DNA of 64,000 bases from a virus (Duplodnaviria > Heunggongvirae > Uroviricota > Caudoviricetes): the IMG/VR virus record IMGVR_UViG_3300042892_003817. One strand, written 5' to 3'. Below are positions 55,159-62,065 of this stretch, piece after piece (positions within the stretch are counted from its first letter, which is position 1; every line of letters begins with the position of its first letter). The notes under the pieces were generated by a model. That model did no database searches. It saw only the letters and a program-made list of their open reading frames with translations, and was not told the DNA's origin. The translations under genes were made by a program, and so were the position numbers.

Positions 55159-56070
55159 TTATTTTAGTTGATTCAAGAATTCATCTACTACGTCCTGGAA
55201 TCTTTCTGCTACTTCAATTTTTAAATTGACAGCTTCTTGGATTCTTGCTTGACGTTTTTCTTCAAACTCGTGTTGTGCTTGACGTTCCTCTCCAGACCAC
55301 TTATCATAAGCTAACTTATAATTGTTTGCAGCTTCTGCATTCTCGTTATTCACTCTTGCTTGAATGATACCTCTCTCTTTCTGAATTCTAGCATTCTCAG
55401 AAGTAGTAGCATTTTTTACTTTAGATTTAAAGTAATTTACTCTTTGTTCAAATCCTCTATGAAGAGCTGCTAATTGTTCATGAACTGAAAGCAATTGTTC
55501 TGCTGTATGGTGAATAGATACTTTCATAGGAGTTTTCTTTCCTACTTCTATTTCCATAAACTCTAAAGTTTTAATGGTAGGAAGTTCTCCTCTCAACTTA
55601 TCCAATTTTCCTCCTTTATGGATGAATTGTCCGATATGTGAAGCATAAGCTTCTGCCTCTAGGTATTCGTTGTATTCGGCTGTAGATAAAGTATCCCAAC
55701 CAAAATCTTCATCCACTTCTGTTGGAATTACTTCTGAGATTAGTTTTGGTCTCTCTGGAGATTCAACCTCGTAGTTATACTTTTCAAATTTGATTTTAGT
55801 AATCAATTCATCCTTTGCTTTGATATTCTCCATCAAGAAAGCTTGAGTGGCAGATAATCTTGCCTTAGCAGTTAATAGCTCAACTACGTTTACTGGGATA
55901 GGATTCCCATTAGTCTCTACATAGGTTTCTGAACCTATTACTAGTTCTTTAGAAACGTTATTGATATCAGCCAATTTCGCTGTAATATCTTTTGAACGTT
56001 GATTGCACAAGTTTGAGATTGATTGTGCTTGAGACATTGATAACCCTTTTGTAGATAACGAATTTTTCAT
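55159..56070 (-). CDS. hypothetical protein with a coiled-coil C-terminus (303 aa)
   Basis: ORF. Confidence 0.45.
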   Translation of the reverse strand: MKNSLSTKGLSMSQAQSISNLCNQRSKDITAKLADINNVSKELVIGSETYVETNGNPIPVNVVELLTAKARLSATQAFLMENIKAKDELITKIKFEKYNYEVESPERPKLISEVIPTEVDEDFGWDTLSTAEYNEYLEAEAYASHIGQFIHKGGKLDKLRGELPTIKTLEFMEIEVGKKTPMKVSIHHTAEQLLSVHEQLAALHRGFEQRVNYFKSKVKNATTSENARIQKERGIIQARVNNENAEAANNYKLAYDKWSGEERQAQHEFEEKRQARIQEAVNLKIEVAERFQDVVDEFLNQLK

Positions 56071-56085
56071 AACTATGATTTTTAT

Positions 56086-56301
56086 TTAATTATTTCTATA
56101 TGTTTTTATTGGTTCTTTTAATGGAAATTCTGGGTTGTCAATAAAACCTAAGAATATACAATTCCTTCTTTTTCCTTTAACATCACAAAATCTCCAATCT
56201 GTTGTAAGATCTATATTAGATAGATCGCCCATAAATAGTCTAGTATGTATTGTCCATGCTAATTGCTCTTTTACTTCAATACTAAATACAGACCAGACCA
56301 T
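56086..56301 (-). CDS. hypothetical protein (71 aa)
   Basis: ORF. Confidence 0.35.
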   Translation of the reverse strand: MVWSVFSIEVKEQLAWTIHTRLFMGDLSNIDLTTDWRFCDVKGKRRNCIFLGFIDNPEFPLKEPIKTYRNN

Positions 56302-56368
56302 ATTACCTTTATTTTTATTTAATATAAGAAGAAAGGTTCAGGTTTCCAAACCTTTCTCCGAATATTTC

Positions 56369-56602
56369 TTATTGGTGATGTTTGATATACCTCCCATGTC
56401 TGTCTACTCTGACATTCATTCTTGTTAAATCAAAATACCAATTGTTAAACTTACCCAAGCGAGATTTTTGTCTTGCTTGTAGGTTTGCAGATTTTTCTGC
56501 TTCTTCTCTACCATTTTCTGTAGTTTCTACAAAAAACGTGGGAGCCTGAACACCAGTCATGCTGGTTGGGACTACTCTCCAAATTCTCAATTTCTGAGTC
56601 AT
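56369..56602 (-). CDS. hypothetical basic protein (77 aa)
   Basis: ORF directly downstream of the tRNA array; hairpin GTTAGC-AAUA-GCUAAC at 56605-56620 lies between them. Confidence 0.35.
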   Translation of the reverse strand: MTQKLRIWRVVPTSMTGVQAPTFFVETTENGREEAEKSANLQARQKSRLGKFNNWYFDLTRMNVRVDRHGRYIKHHQ

Positions 56603-56666
56603 AAGTTAGCAATAGCTAACCTACATTGGAGACGAAGGAATTGACCTCATAGTGGATAAAATTTAG

Positions 56667-56739
56667 TGTCCTATACAGGGCTCGAACCTGTGACCTTCTC
56701 GTTATGAGCGAGCTGCTCTCACCATCTGAGCTAAAAGGA
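56667..56739 (-). tRNA. tRNA-Met/Ile2 (anticodon CAT)
   Basis: Cloverleaf read by hand: D-arm GCTCAGATGGTAGAGC, anticodon loop CTCATAA, T-arm ACAGG-TTCGAGC-CCTGT. Confidence 0.7.
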
Positions 56740-56744
56740 CATTA

Positions 56745-56818
56745 GTAGCGAGTGAGGGATTCGAACCCCCGACCTCTAGGTTATGAGCCTAGCGAGATAC
56801 CATCTTCTACCAACTCGC
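56745..56818 (-). tRNA. tRNA-Met/Ile2 (anticodon CAT), second copy with unpaired C1:U72
   Basis: Anticodon arm CTAGG-CTCATAA-CCTAG, T-arm GGGGG-TTCGAAT-CCCTC. Confidence 0.65.
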
Positions 56819-56824
56819 GATATA

Positions 56825-56896
56825 GCGGTCTATGAGAGAATCGAACTCTCATCCCTACCGTGACAGGGTAGTATCCTAGCCGTTGAACGAATAGAC
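56825..56896 (-). tRNA. tRNA-Asp (GTC)
   Basis: Anticodon arm CTACC-CTGTCAC-GGTAG, T-arm GAGAG-TTCGATT-CTCTC. Confidence 0.75.
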
Positions 56897-56901
56897 CTTT
56901 T

Positions 56902-56974
56902 GTGGAGCTACCGGGATTCGAACCCGGAATAACAGAATGCAAATCTATCGTGATGCCAATTTCACTATAGCCCC
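56902..56974 (-). tRNA. tRNA-Ala (TGC)
   Basis: G3:U70 identity pair present; anticodon loop TTTGCAT; T-arm CCGGG-TTCGAAT-CCCGG. Confidence 0.75.
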
Positions 56975-56978
56975 TTTT

Positions 56979-57050
56979 GTACTGCCACGGAGAATCGAAC
57001 TCCGATTTTATGGATGAAAACCATAGGTCCTAGCCGTTAGACGATGGCAG
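56979..57050 (-). tRNA. tRNA-Glu (TTC)
   Basis: Anticodon arm TATGG-TTTTCAT-CCATA; T-arm CGGAG-TTCGATT-CTCCG. Confidence 0.75.
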
Positions 57051-57101
57051 CAAATTGTAGGCGTATGCTCATCACATACTCTTGGGCTCCTACACACCCC
57101 T

Positions 57102-57173
57102 GAGCGACTAGAGAGAATCGAACTCTCATCTTCAGATTGGAAGTCTGAAGTAATGACCATTATACGATAGTCG
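57102..57173 (-). tRNA. tRNA-Gly (TCC)
   Basis: Acceptor GCGACTA/TAGTCGC; anticodon arm TCAGA-CTTCCAA-TCTGA. Confidence 0.75.
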
Positions 57174-57180
57174 CAGTTGA

Positions 57181-57253
57181 GCTTCTGGACGGGATCGAAC
57201 CGACTCTATTCTGGGTTACAAATCCGGTGCACCACCATTTGTGCGTCAGAAGC
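57181..57253 (-). tRNA. tRNA-like, possibly tRNA-Thr (TGT), with a degenerate anticodon stem
   Basis: Good acceptor (GCTTCTG/CAGAAGC), D-arm and T-arm; anticodon loop TTTGTAA, but only 3 of 5 stem pairs. Confidence 0.4.
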
Positions 57254-57328
57254 AGATAATTAGAGCCGGTTTTCGTATCCGTTCTGCAGGTTAGCCCCTG
57301 CTGCTTTACTATAAGCTAACTCTAATTT
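57254..57328 (-). pseudogene. degenerate tRNA-like remnant (acceptor TTAGAGT/GCTCTAA, D-arm GCTT-ATAGTA-AAGC, aberrant 6-nt anticodon loop, decayed T-arm)
   Basis: Hand fold; lacks the TTCGA T-loop. Confidence 0.3.
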
Positions 57329-57402
57329 GTACCCAAGGAGAGACTCGAACTCTCAGTTTACGACTTCTAAGGCCGCCGTGTCTGCCAATTCCACCACTCG
57401 GG
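57329..57402 (-). tRNA. tRNA with anticodon TAG (Leu-like), short variable loop
   Basis: 5' half resembles bacterial tRNA-Leu (GCCCGAGTGGTGGAATTGG...); anticodon loop CTTAGAA; T-arm GAGAG-TTCGAGT-CTCTC. Confidence 0.5.
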
Positions 57403-57497
57403 CATTTGCCGCATGTGCGGCCACTTATCAATCGGTAGCTCCCTCTCGTTGTCCATTTGTGGGTGTAACACATTTGGTAGAGGGTCGAACCTTAAAT

Positions 57498-57568
57498 GAG
57501 GGCAGTGTTGGAATCGAACCAACCTAACAGAGTTTGCAATCCTGTGCCTAACCAATCGGCCAACTGCC
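57498..57568 (-). tRNA. tRNA-Cys (GCA)
   Basis: Anticodon loop TTGCAAA; T-arm GTTGG-TTCGATT-CCAAC; acceptor GGGCAGT/ACTGCCC. Confidence 0.65.
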
Positions 57569-57654
57569 CATTTTCACCTAGCCTGACCTTCCAGACAGTA
57601 CAAGTCGGGATTCTATTGTTTCGCGCGCCGTTTTGTAGTAGGTGATATATTTTA

Positions 57655-57703
57655 CTTTCTTATACCTTAATATATGAAACTATTTCTGGTTTTCCAAACC
57701 TTT
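57655..57703 (-). promoter_or_regulatory. promoter module (TTTCCAAACC variant) positioned to drive tRNA block 1
   Basis: ataccttaatatatgaaactatttctggttttccaaacc; the GGTTTGG -33 element is on the minus strand. Confidence 0.45.
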
Positions 57704-57838
57704 ATTGCAATACTTACAATTATTTTTTTCCTTTTCTGATTGATGGATTCTTTTATTTTCATTACAATACCATTTTTTATCATAAGGAATAAAATTCTCC
57801 CATTTATCATAATATCCTGGCTTCCACTCTTCCATTAT

Positions 57839-58345
57839 TTAAAAGAATAAAAATGTTTCCCATTCTTTAGGTATGTATGTCATACTTCTCATTAACATTA
57901 AATAATGAGGTCTTTTTGGTTCTGGAATTTCCTTACCATATTCCTCTAATGTTAAATCTGCTTTCTCATGATTACATGGTCTACAAGCTGTTACTAAATT
58001 ATCCCAAGCATCTTTTCCTCCTTTTGATTGAGGGATAACATGGTCAAGTGTTAATATTCTTTGATTTGAACTACCACAATAAACACATTCATAATTATCT
58101 CTTCGGTAAATATTCTCTCTTGTTAGAGGTACTTTTTGAATGTTTTGTTTTACATACTTAGCTACTCTAATAATAGAAGGTTTGTAAATGGTTAGTTCAG
58201 GATTAATTAAACTAAATGTTTCTGGATGCTCTGCTACTACTTCAGCATTACCCTTATAAAAAATCACGAACGCTCGTTCGGTACTTATAACTGATCTTGC
58301 TGTAAAGCTTGCATCCACTACTAGTGCTTTTTGATACTTACTCAT
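57839..58345 (-). CDS. HNH homing-type endonuclease inserted between the two tRNA blocks (168 aa)
   Basis: CVYCGSSNQ...LDHVIPQSKGGKDAWDNLVTACRPCNHEK HNH signature. Confidence 0.65.
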   Translation of the reverse strand: MSKYQKALVVDASFTARSVISTERAFVIFYKGNAEVVAEHPETFSLINPELTIYKPSIIRVAKYVKQNIQKVPLTRENIYRRDNYECVYCGSSNQRILTLDHVIPQSKGGKDAWDNLVTACRPCNHEKADLTLEEYGKEIPEPKRPHYLMLMRSMTYIPKEWETFLFF

Positions 58346-58350
58346 GATTT

Positions 58351-58542
58351 TTAATTTAAAGGTTTATACTGTGTTTTTCTGTTGTACTTCCAAGTACGGT
58401 ACTCTCTGTACTTGAAGGCCCATATTCCGGATTTACATTTACTCCAATAGTCTTCAAACCACATTCCACCATCTTTGGATTGTTTTCTTTTTTCTTTTTT
58501 ATACTCTTTCTGAGTATAGTTTTTGATTCTCATCTTGCTCAA
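58351..58542 (-). CDS. small basic protein (63 aa)
   Basis: ORF. Confidence 0.4.
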   Translation of the reverse strand: MSKMRIKNYTQKEYKKEKRKQSKDGGMWFEDYWSKCKSGIWAFKYREYRTWKYNRKTQYKPLN

Positions 58543-58600
58543 ATTTTAGGTTAATAAACCTAATGAGCATCGAATTTCTTTTTCATAATTAATAATTTTG

Positions 58601-58671
58601 CGCAGACCGTAGGAATCGAACCTACCCGTAGCAGTTTTGGAGACCGTACCGACACCTTGTCTGTGACCCGC
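58601..58671 (-). tRNA. tRNA-like with unresolved anticodon (canonical T-arm GTAGG-TTCGATT-CCTAC, acceptor with three G:U pairs, no clean anticodon stem)
   Basis: Hand fold. Confidence 0.3.
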
Positions 58672-58677
58672 TTGTTG

Positions 58678-58749
58678 TACCCCATCCAGGAATCGAACCT
58701 AGAATTAATCTTTAGAAGAGATTCGTTATATCCGTTTAACTAATAGGGC
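58678..58749 (-). tRNA. tRNA-Arg (TCT)
   Basis: Anticodon arm AATCT-CTTCTAA-AGATT (perfect); D-arm GTTA-AACGGATA-TAAC; T-arm CTAGG-TTCGATT-CCTGG. Confidence 0.75.
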
Positions 58750-58909
58750 GGTTAAAATATAATTAGTAAGTTTTATCAGGAATCTGGGATCTAATTTCTT
58801 AGTGCTTCACACACCCTTAGAGAGTTGAGTATAAATACTTATCCTTAGTGTGTACCCTTGCGCAACGTCTCTCCACGTCTTCTTACCTACGCTTTGTAAT
58901 TATATTTTG

Positions 58910-58981
58910 AGGTCTTAGTAGGAGTCGAACCTACGTTCTATCGTTCGTAGCGATAAGTTTTTCCAATTAAACTATAAGACC
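58910..58981 (-). tRNA. tRNA-Arg (ACG)
   Basis: Acceptor GGTCTTA/TAAGACC perfect; anticodon arm TATCG-CTACGAA-CGATA. Confidence 0.75.
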
Positions 58982-59070
58982 AGTTGTAGGATATCGCTTA
59001 ACCTACGATGTTTATATCATTACACATCTTCAATGTCGAACAATTAAAGAGGACATCAGCGATTTTTTTG

Positions 59071-59150
59071 TACCCCTGACTGGAGTCGAACCAGCAAGCC
59101 TGAGCGCCAAGTTTTAAGCCTGGTGTGTTTACCTATTTCACCACAGAGGC
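59071..59150 (-). tRNA. tRNA-Leu (TAA), class II with a long variable arm
   Basis: D-arm GTG-AAATAGGTAAA-CAC; anticodon arm CCAGG-CTTAAAA-CTTGG; 11-nt variable region. Confidence 0.7.
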
Positions 59151-59545
59151 ATGTTGGGTGTAAGGACGGTACCGCCCCGTCTTCTCAAGATTCACAGTCT
59201 TGCGCTTCACTAAAAAGCTTCGAACACCATATAAAATTATACTACTTTAATAACGCTTACTCAATTTTACTACTCTAACGCTTTACCTCATTAAGTCGTT
59301 TTTTGAGAAACGTTTCTTAACTTCCTACCTACCCATATAATTTAGTACCGACTACAAGTTACGCTCTTGTCTGAGAATACTTATGAGATATTCTCGATCC
59401 TAGATCAAGTCGGTAGTTGATAGGGAACCTCTTACCCTATCGCTGTACTATCTGATTTTAATGTGTCTTACCACGGGGCCCCGTTCGTACTTCCTTCTCC
59501 TGCATTCCTTAGATGCGTTGTGAGGACGGTGAGGAGGTTTTTTTG

Positions 59546-59628
59546 AGGAAAGCAGAGGTATCGAACCCCATGCCCGAAGGCACGATACGCTTAGCAAGCG
59601 GTCTCAACTCCTAGTTGATTTACTTTCC
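59546..59628 (-). tRNA. tRNA-Ser (GCT)-like, class II, weak anticodon stem; variable arm is a UGCC-UUCG-GGCA hairpin
   Basis: Acceptor GGAAAGT/GCTTTCC; anticodon loop TTGCTAA. Confidence 0.45.
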
Positions 59629-59633
59629 CTTTG

Positions 59634-59707
59634 TAGGTAATATAGGAATCGAACCTATAACCTCTCACGTATCAGGCGAGTGCTCTAACCAATTGAGCTA
59701 ATTACCT
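59634..59707 (-). tRNA. tRNA-Ile (GAT)
   Basis: D-arm GCTC-AATTGGTTA-GAGC; anticodon arm CTCGC-CTGATAC-GTGAG; T-arm ATAGG-TTCGATT-CCTAT. Confidence 0.75.
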
Positions 59708-59713
59708 ATTTTG

Positions 59714-59785
59714 CGGGCCTGGAAGGAATCGAACCTTCATAAGATGATTAACAGTCATCCGTAATAGCCGTTATACGACAAACCC
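59714..59785 (-). tRNA. tRNA-Asn (GTT)
   Basis: Anticodon arm GATGA-CTGTTAA-TCATC; T-arm GAAGG-TTCGATT-CCTTC. Confidence 0.75.
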
Positions 59786-59823
59786 AAGAAAGCGTTACTA
59801 CCGTTATACTACCGCGCCGCTAA

Positions 59824-59862
59824 CGGCCCGGATGGGACTCGAACCCATACCTCTCTACTTCG
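59824..59862 (-). pseudogene. tRNA 3'-half fragment (T-arm ATGGG-TTCGAGT-CCCAT plus acceptor 3' strand CCGGGCC-G) with no matching 5' half
   Basis: Only 39 nt lie between tRNA-Phe and the next spacer. Confidence 0.35.
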
Positions 59863-59935
59863 TGGACCCTGTAGGAATCGAACCTACTCCTCTAGTTCTT
59901 CAGACTAGCGTACGCACCAGCTATACCAAAGGTCC
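59863..59935 (-). tRNA. tRNA-Phe (GAA)
   Basis: Anticodon arm CTAGT-CTGAAGA-ACTAG (perfect); T-arm GTAGG-TTCGATT-CCTAC. Confidence 0.75.
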
Positions 59936-59997
59936 ATTGTCTCCCGTCACTCGTATACAAGCCATGGCATTACGGGAGCGATGTTATTCCATATTTG

Positions 59998-60078
59998 TGG
60001 GACACTGTGGAATCGAACCACACCTTCTTACAGAACGATTTTACAGACCGCTTATCACACCAGTGACTGAAGCATCCC
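59998..60078 (-). tRNA. tRNA-Tyr (GTA), class II
   Basis: Anticodon arm GCGGT-CTGTAAA-ATCGT; 12-nt variable arm; T-arm TGTGG-TTCGATT-CCACA. Confidence 0.6.
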
Positions 60079-60084
60079 AATTTG

Positions 60085-60156
60085 ATCATTCTACAGGAAT
60101 CGAACCTGCTTCTCCACCCTCCGCGGGCAGCGTAGTCACCAATCTACCAAGAACGA
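60085..60156 (-). tRNA. tRNA with anticodon CGG (Pro-like), non-canonical G33 and U1:A72
   Basis: D-arm GTAG-ATTGGTGA-CTAC; anticodon loop CGCGGAG; T-arm GCAGG-TTCGATT-CCTGT. Confidence 0.45.
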
Positions 60157-60255
60157 AACTATAACAAGCTTTCATCGGCAAATTAATAACTCATAATAGA
60201 CTCCATATAGACTTGAAAATACTTGCCGGTATTTTACTTGCTACCCAGAATTTTG

Positions 60256-60326
60256 TACCTCGTAGTAGAATCGAACTACTGCCATTTCCATGTAAAAGAA
60301 ATACGCTCCCATTACGCCAACGAGGC
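60256..60326 (-). tRNA. tRNA-Val (TAC)
   Basis: Anticodon arm TTTCT-TTTACAT-GGAAA; T-arm AGTAG-TTCGATT-CTACT. Confidence 0.6.
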
Positions 60327-60427
60327 TGGTGCTACACCTGATCACAACTAACAAGCATATTGGCTTATTACTTGATCTTACAACAGCTTTTAACTGAGAG
60401 ATTGTAAGGTTGTGTATGTAGCTTTTG

Positions 60428-60499
60428 TACCCCCACCAAGAATCGAACTTGGATTCCTATATTAAAAGTATAGTACTTTAGCCGTTAAGTTATAGGGGC
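60428..60499 (-). tRNA. tRNA-Lys (TTT)
   Basis: Anticodon arm CTATA-CTTTTAA-TATAG; D-arm ACTT-AACGGCTA-AAGT. Confidence 0.75.
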
Positions 60500-60505
60500 A
60501 ATTCG

Positions 60506-60581
60506 TCGGGTAAGCAGGATTCGAACCTGCGTGCTCTAGCGTCCAAGGCCAGCGAGATAAACCAGACTCCTCTACTACCCG
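60506..60581 (-). tRNA. tRNA-Pro (TGG)
   Basis: C1:G72; anticodon arm CTGGC-CTTGGAC-GCTAG; T-arm GCAGG-TTCGAAT-CCTGC. Confidence 0.7.
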
Positions 60582-60590
60582 AAATTATTG

Positions 60591-60662
60591 TTGGCTTACT
60601 AGGATTCGAACCTAGACTAAAACAGTCAAAGTGTTTTGTGCTAACCGTTACACTATAAGCCA
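60591..60662 (-). tRNA. tRNA-Gln (TTG)
   Basis: U1:A72; anticodon arm AAACA-CTTTGAC-TGTTT; T-arm CTAGG-TTCGAAT-CCTAG. Confidence 0.75.
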
Positions 60663-60668
60663 ATATTG

Positions 60669-60752
60669 AGGAAGACATGGGAATCGAACCCACAACGGTG
60701 TTACCCGCTACTTGTTTTCAAGACAAGCTCCTCGTCCATTCGGCCGCCTTCC
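60669..60752 (-). tRNA. tRNA-Ser (TGA), class II
   Basis: Anticodon arm CTTGT-CTTGAAA-ACAAG (perfect); long variable hairpin; T-arm GTGGG-TTCGATT-CCCAT. Confidence 0.7.
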
Positions 60753-60789
60753 TTATGCTTTATCCAATATGTCAATGAACTCTTATTCT

Positions 60790-60834
60790 TTATTTATATA
60801 CCTAAAGATACGATCTTTAATTCTTTCTAGCAAC
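60790..60834 (-). promoter_or_regulatory. promoter module positioned to drive tRNA block 2
   Basis: tatacctaaagatacgatctttaattctttctagcaact, immediately upstream (minus sense) of tRNA-Ser(TGA). Confidence 0.5.
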
Positions 60835-60841
60835 TTTTTTT

Positions 60842-60880
60842 AAATAAAAAACCCGAATCTTTTTTATTTGATCCGGGTTC
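60842..60880 (-). terminator. rho-independent terminator (8-bp stem CCCGGAUC/GAUUCGGG with a U-rich tail on the minus transcript)
   Basis: aacccgaatcttttttatttgatccgggtt. Confidence 0.45.
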
Positions 60881-61055
60881 TTATTAGAATTTATATGTAT
60901 AAGTTAATTATATCATACCCCGGTCTTGCCTTTTTTCGGTTCGTTATTATACGTAAAGCCTACAATCACATCTCCACATAACGAATCCGACCATATACTA
61001 ATGGCTCTCTGCGCTGTAAGATTAAGTTGATGTATGTTTTGTTGTGCTTTCATTT

Positions 61056-61105
61056 TATTTGTTTCTATATATAAATATATGAACTTTTCCTTTCCAAACC
61101 AACTA
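61056..61105 (-). promoter_or_regulatory. promoter module (TTTCCAAACC variant)
   Basis: tatatataaatatatgaacttttcctttccaaaccaact. Confidence 0.4.
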
Positions 61106-61114
61106 TTAAATAAA

Positions 61115-61597
61115 TTATTTTAAAATATTATCTAATTGTTGTCCTATTGTTTTATAGATTGTTAAATTCTGGTGAGGTTCATTTCTTCCTATTGCTGGAT
61201 TTATTATGATTCCTCCTTCTTTTTCGTACTGTTTATAATAATTATTTACTTTTTCTTCTGTTATTCTTTTGTTTCCTCCCCAACCCCATGATCCTTTTAT
61301 TACATAAATGGTAGCATTTGGAAAAGTTTTCTTTACTGCTTTGAATAATTCTTTAATATTTCCTGTTCGGAAATTGTTATTTGTTCCTATACATAAAATT
61401 ATATTTTTTACTTTAGGAGATGTTTTATAATTTGAAACCATTGAGGTCAATTTATCAACTCCTATCCCTCCCTTCCATAAAGAGCTTACTTTTTCTACCT
61501 TATTTGAATTTTTATCAATGTAAGGTGTTTGTGAGTCTCCTATTATGATATTCTGAGAATAGCATAGTAATGGGATGAAATATATTATGTATAATAG
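61115..61597 (-). CDS. putative secreted lipoprotein; the reading frame is open about 50 codons upstream of the track start and encodes a KKLLYIIYFIPLLC signal peptide with lipobox, but no in-frame ATG
   Basis: Frame stays open from 61450 back to about 61620. The track start is a TTG; the true start may be a non-ATG codon, or there may be a sequence error. Confidence 0.35.
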   Translation of the reverse strand, partial: LLYIIYFIPLLCYSQNIIIGDSQTPYIDKNSNKVEKVSSLWKGGIGVDKLTSMVSNYKTSPKVKNIILCIGTNNNFRTGNIKELFKAVKKTFPNATIYVIKGSWGWGGNKRITEEKVNNYYKQYEKEGGIIINPAIGRNEPHQNLTIYKTIGQQLDNILK

Positions 61598-61628
61598 TTT
61601 TTTAATAATTACCGTTCTTTGGGTTAAT

Positions 61629-61958
61629 TTATCCTTTTAATAACTTGTCTTTAACTGGCTCACATCCGTTTCTGTCAATTGATGTAAGTTTTTGTTCTAA
61701 TTTATCTACTCTTGAATCTGTATGTCTGATACAGTCATTGAAGACATTATTTGTTCGATCAACTTCTTGATCTATTCTACGATTCACCATCTCATCGTTT
61801 CTTTGAATCCACTCTTGATGTCCTGCAATCTTTTGTTCAATCTGCTTTACTTTCTTTACTGTCTTAAACGCTACCACAACTCCCCATACAAGAAGAGCTA
61901 TACTAACACCTAAAACAAATGCTAAAATTTGTTCCATAGTTTTGTTTTTTAAATTCAA
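61629..61958 (-). CDS. membrane-anchored coiled-coil protein (109 aa)
   Basis: N-terminal TM then heptad-rich region. Confidence 0.45.
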   Translation of the reverse strand: MNLKNKTMEQILAFVLGVSIALLVWGVVVAFKTVKKVKQIEQKIAGHQEWIQRNDEMVNRRIDQEVDRTNNVFNDCIRHTDSRVDKLEQKLTSIDRNGCEPVKDKLLKG

Positions 61959-61980
61959 AGAACGGTAATCTTAAAATTTG

Positions 61981-62065
61981 GAATCGGTGAGGGATTCGAA
62001 CCCTCATCCAGACTTATCGTCCATGTTAACCCTAGCAGGAACTTTCCCGTTGACACTAACCGATT
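61981..62065 (-). tRNA. class II-length tRNA-like element (85 nt) with a perfect acceptor (AATCGGT/ACCGATT) and T-arm (GAGGG-TTCGAAT-CCCTC), but unresolved D and anticodon arms
   Basis: Hand fold; it stands alone outside the main array. Confidence 0.4.

Noticed and set aside
57405-57497. An additional tRNA between tRNA-Leu(TAG) and tRNA-Cys
   Set aside because: The sequence tagagggtcgaacc resembles a T-arm but cannot be paired into stems. No acceptor complementarity. Treated as a spacer containing a GC hairpin.
57327-57555. ORFs 57327..57527 (+), 57367..57555 (-), 59832..60164 (+) and 60490..60693 (-)
   Set aside because: They lie entirely within the tRNA arrays and translate tRNA sequence. 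Spurious.
59151-59545. Group I intron or split tRNA-Leu(TAA) (the classic intron host) in the 395-bp array gap
   Set aside because: tRNA-Leu(TAA) at 59071-59150 is intact with an uninterrupted anticodon loop. No P/Q/R/S core motifs were recognisable by eye. The gap is kept as an unexplained spacer finding instead.
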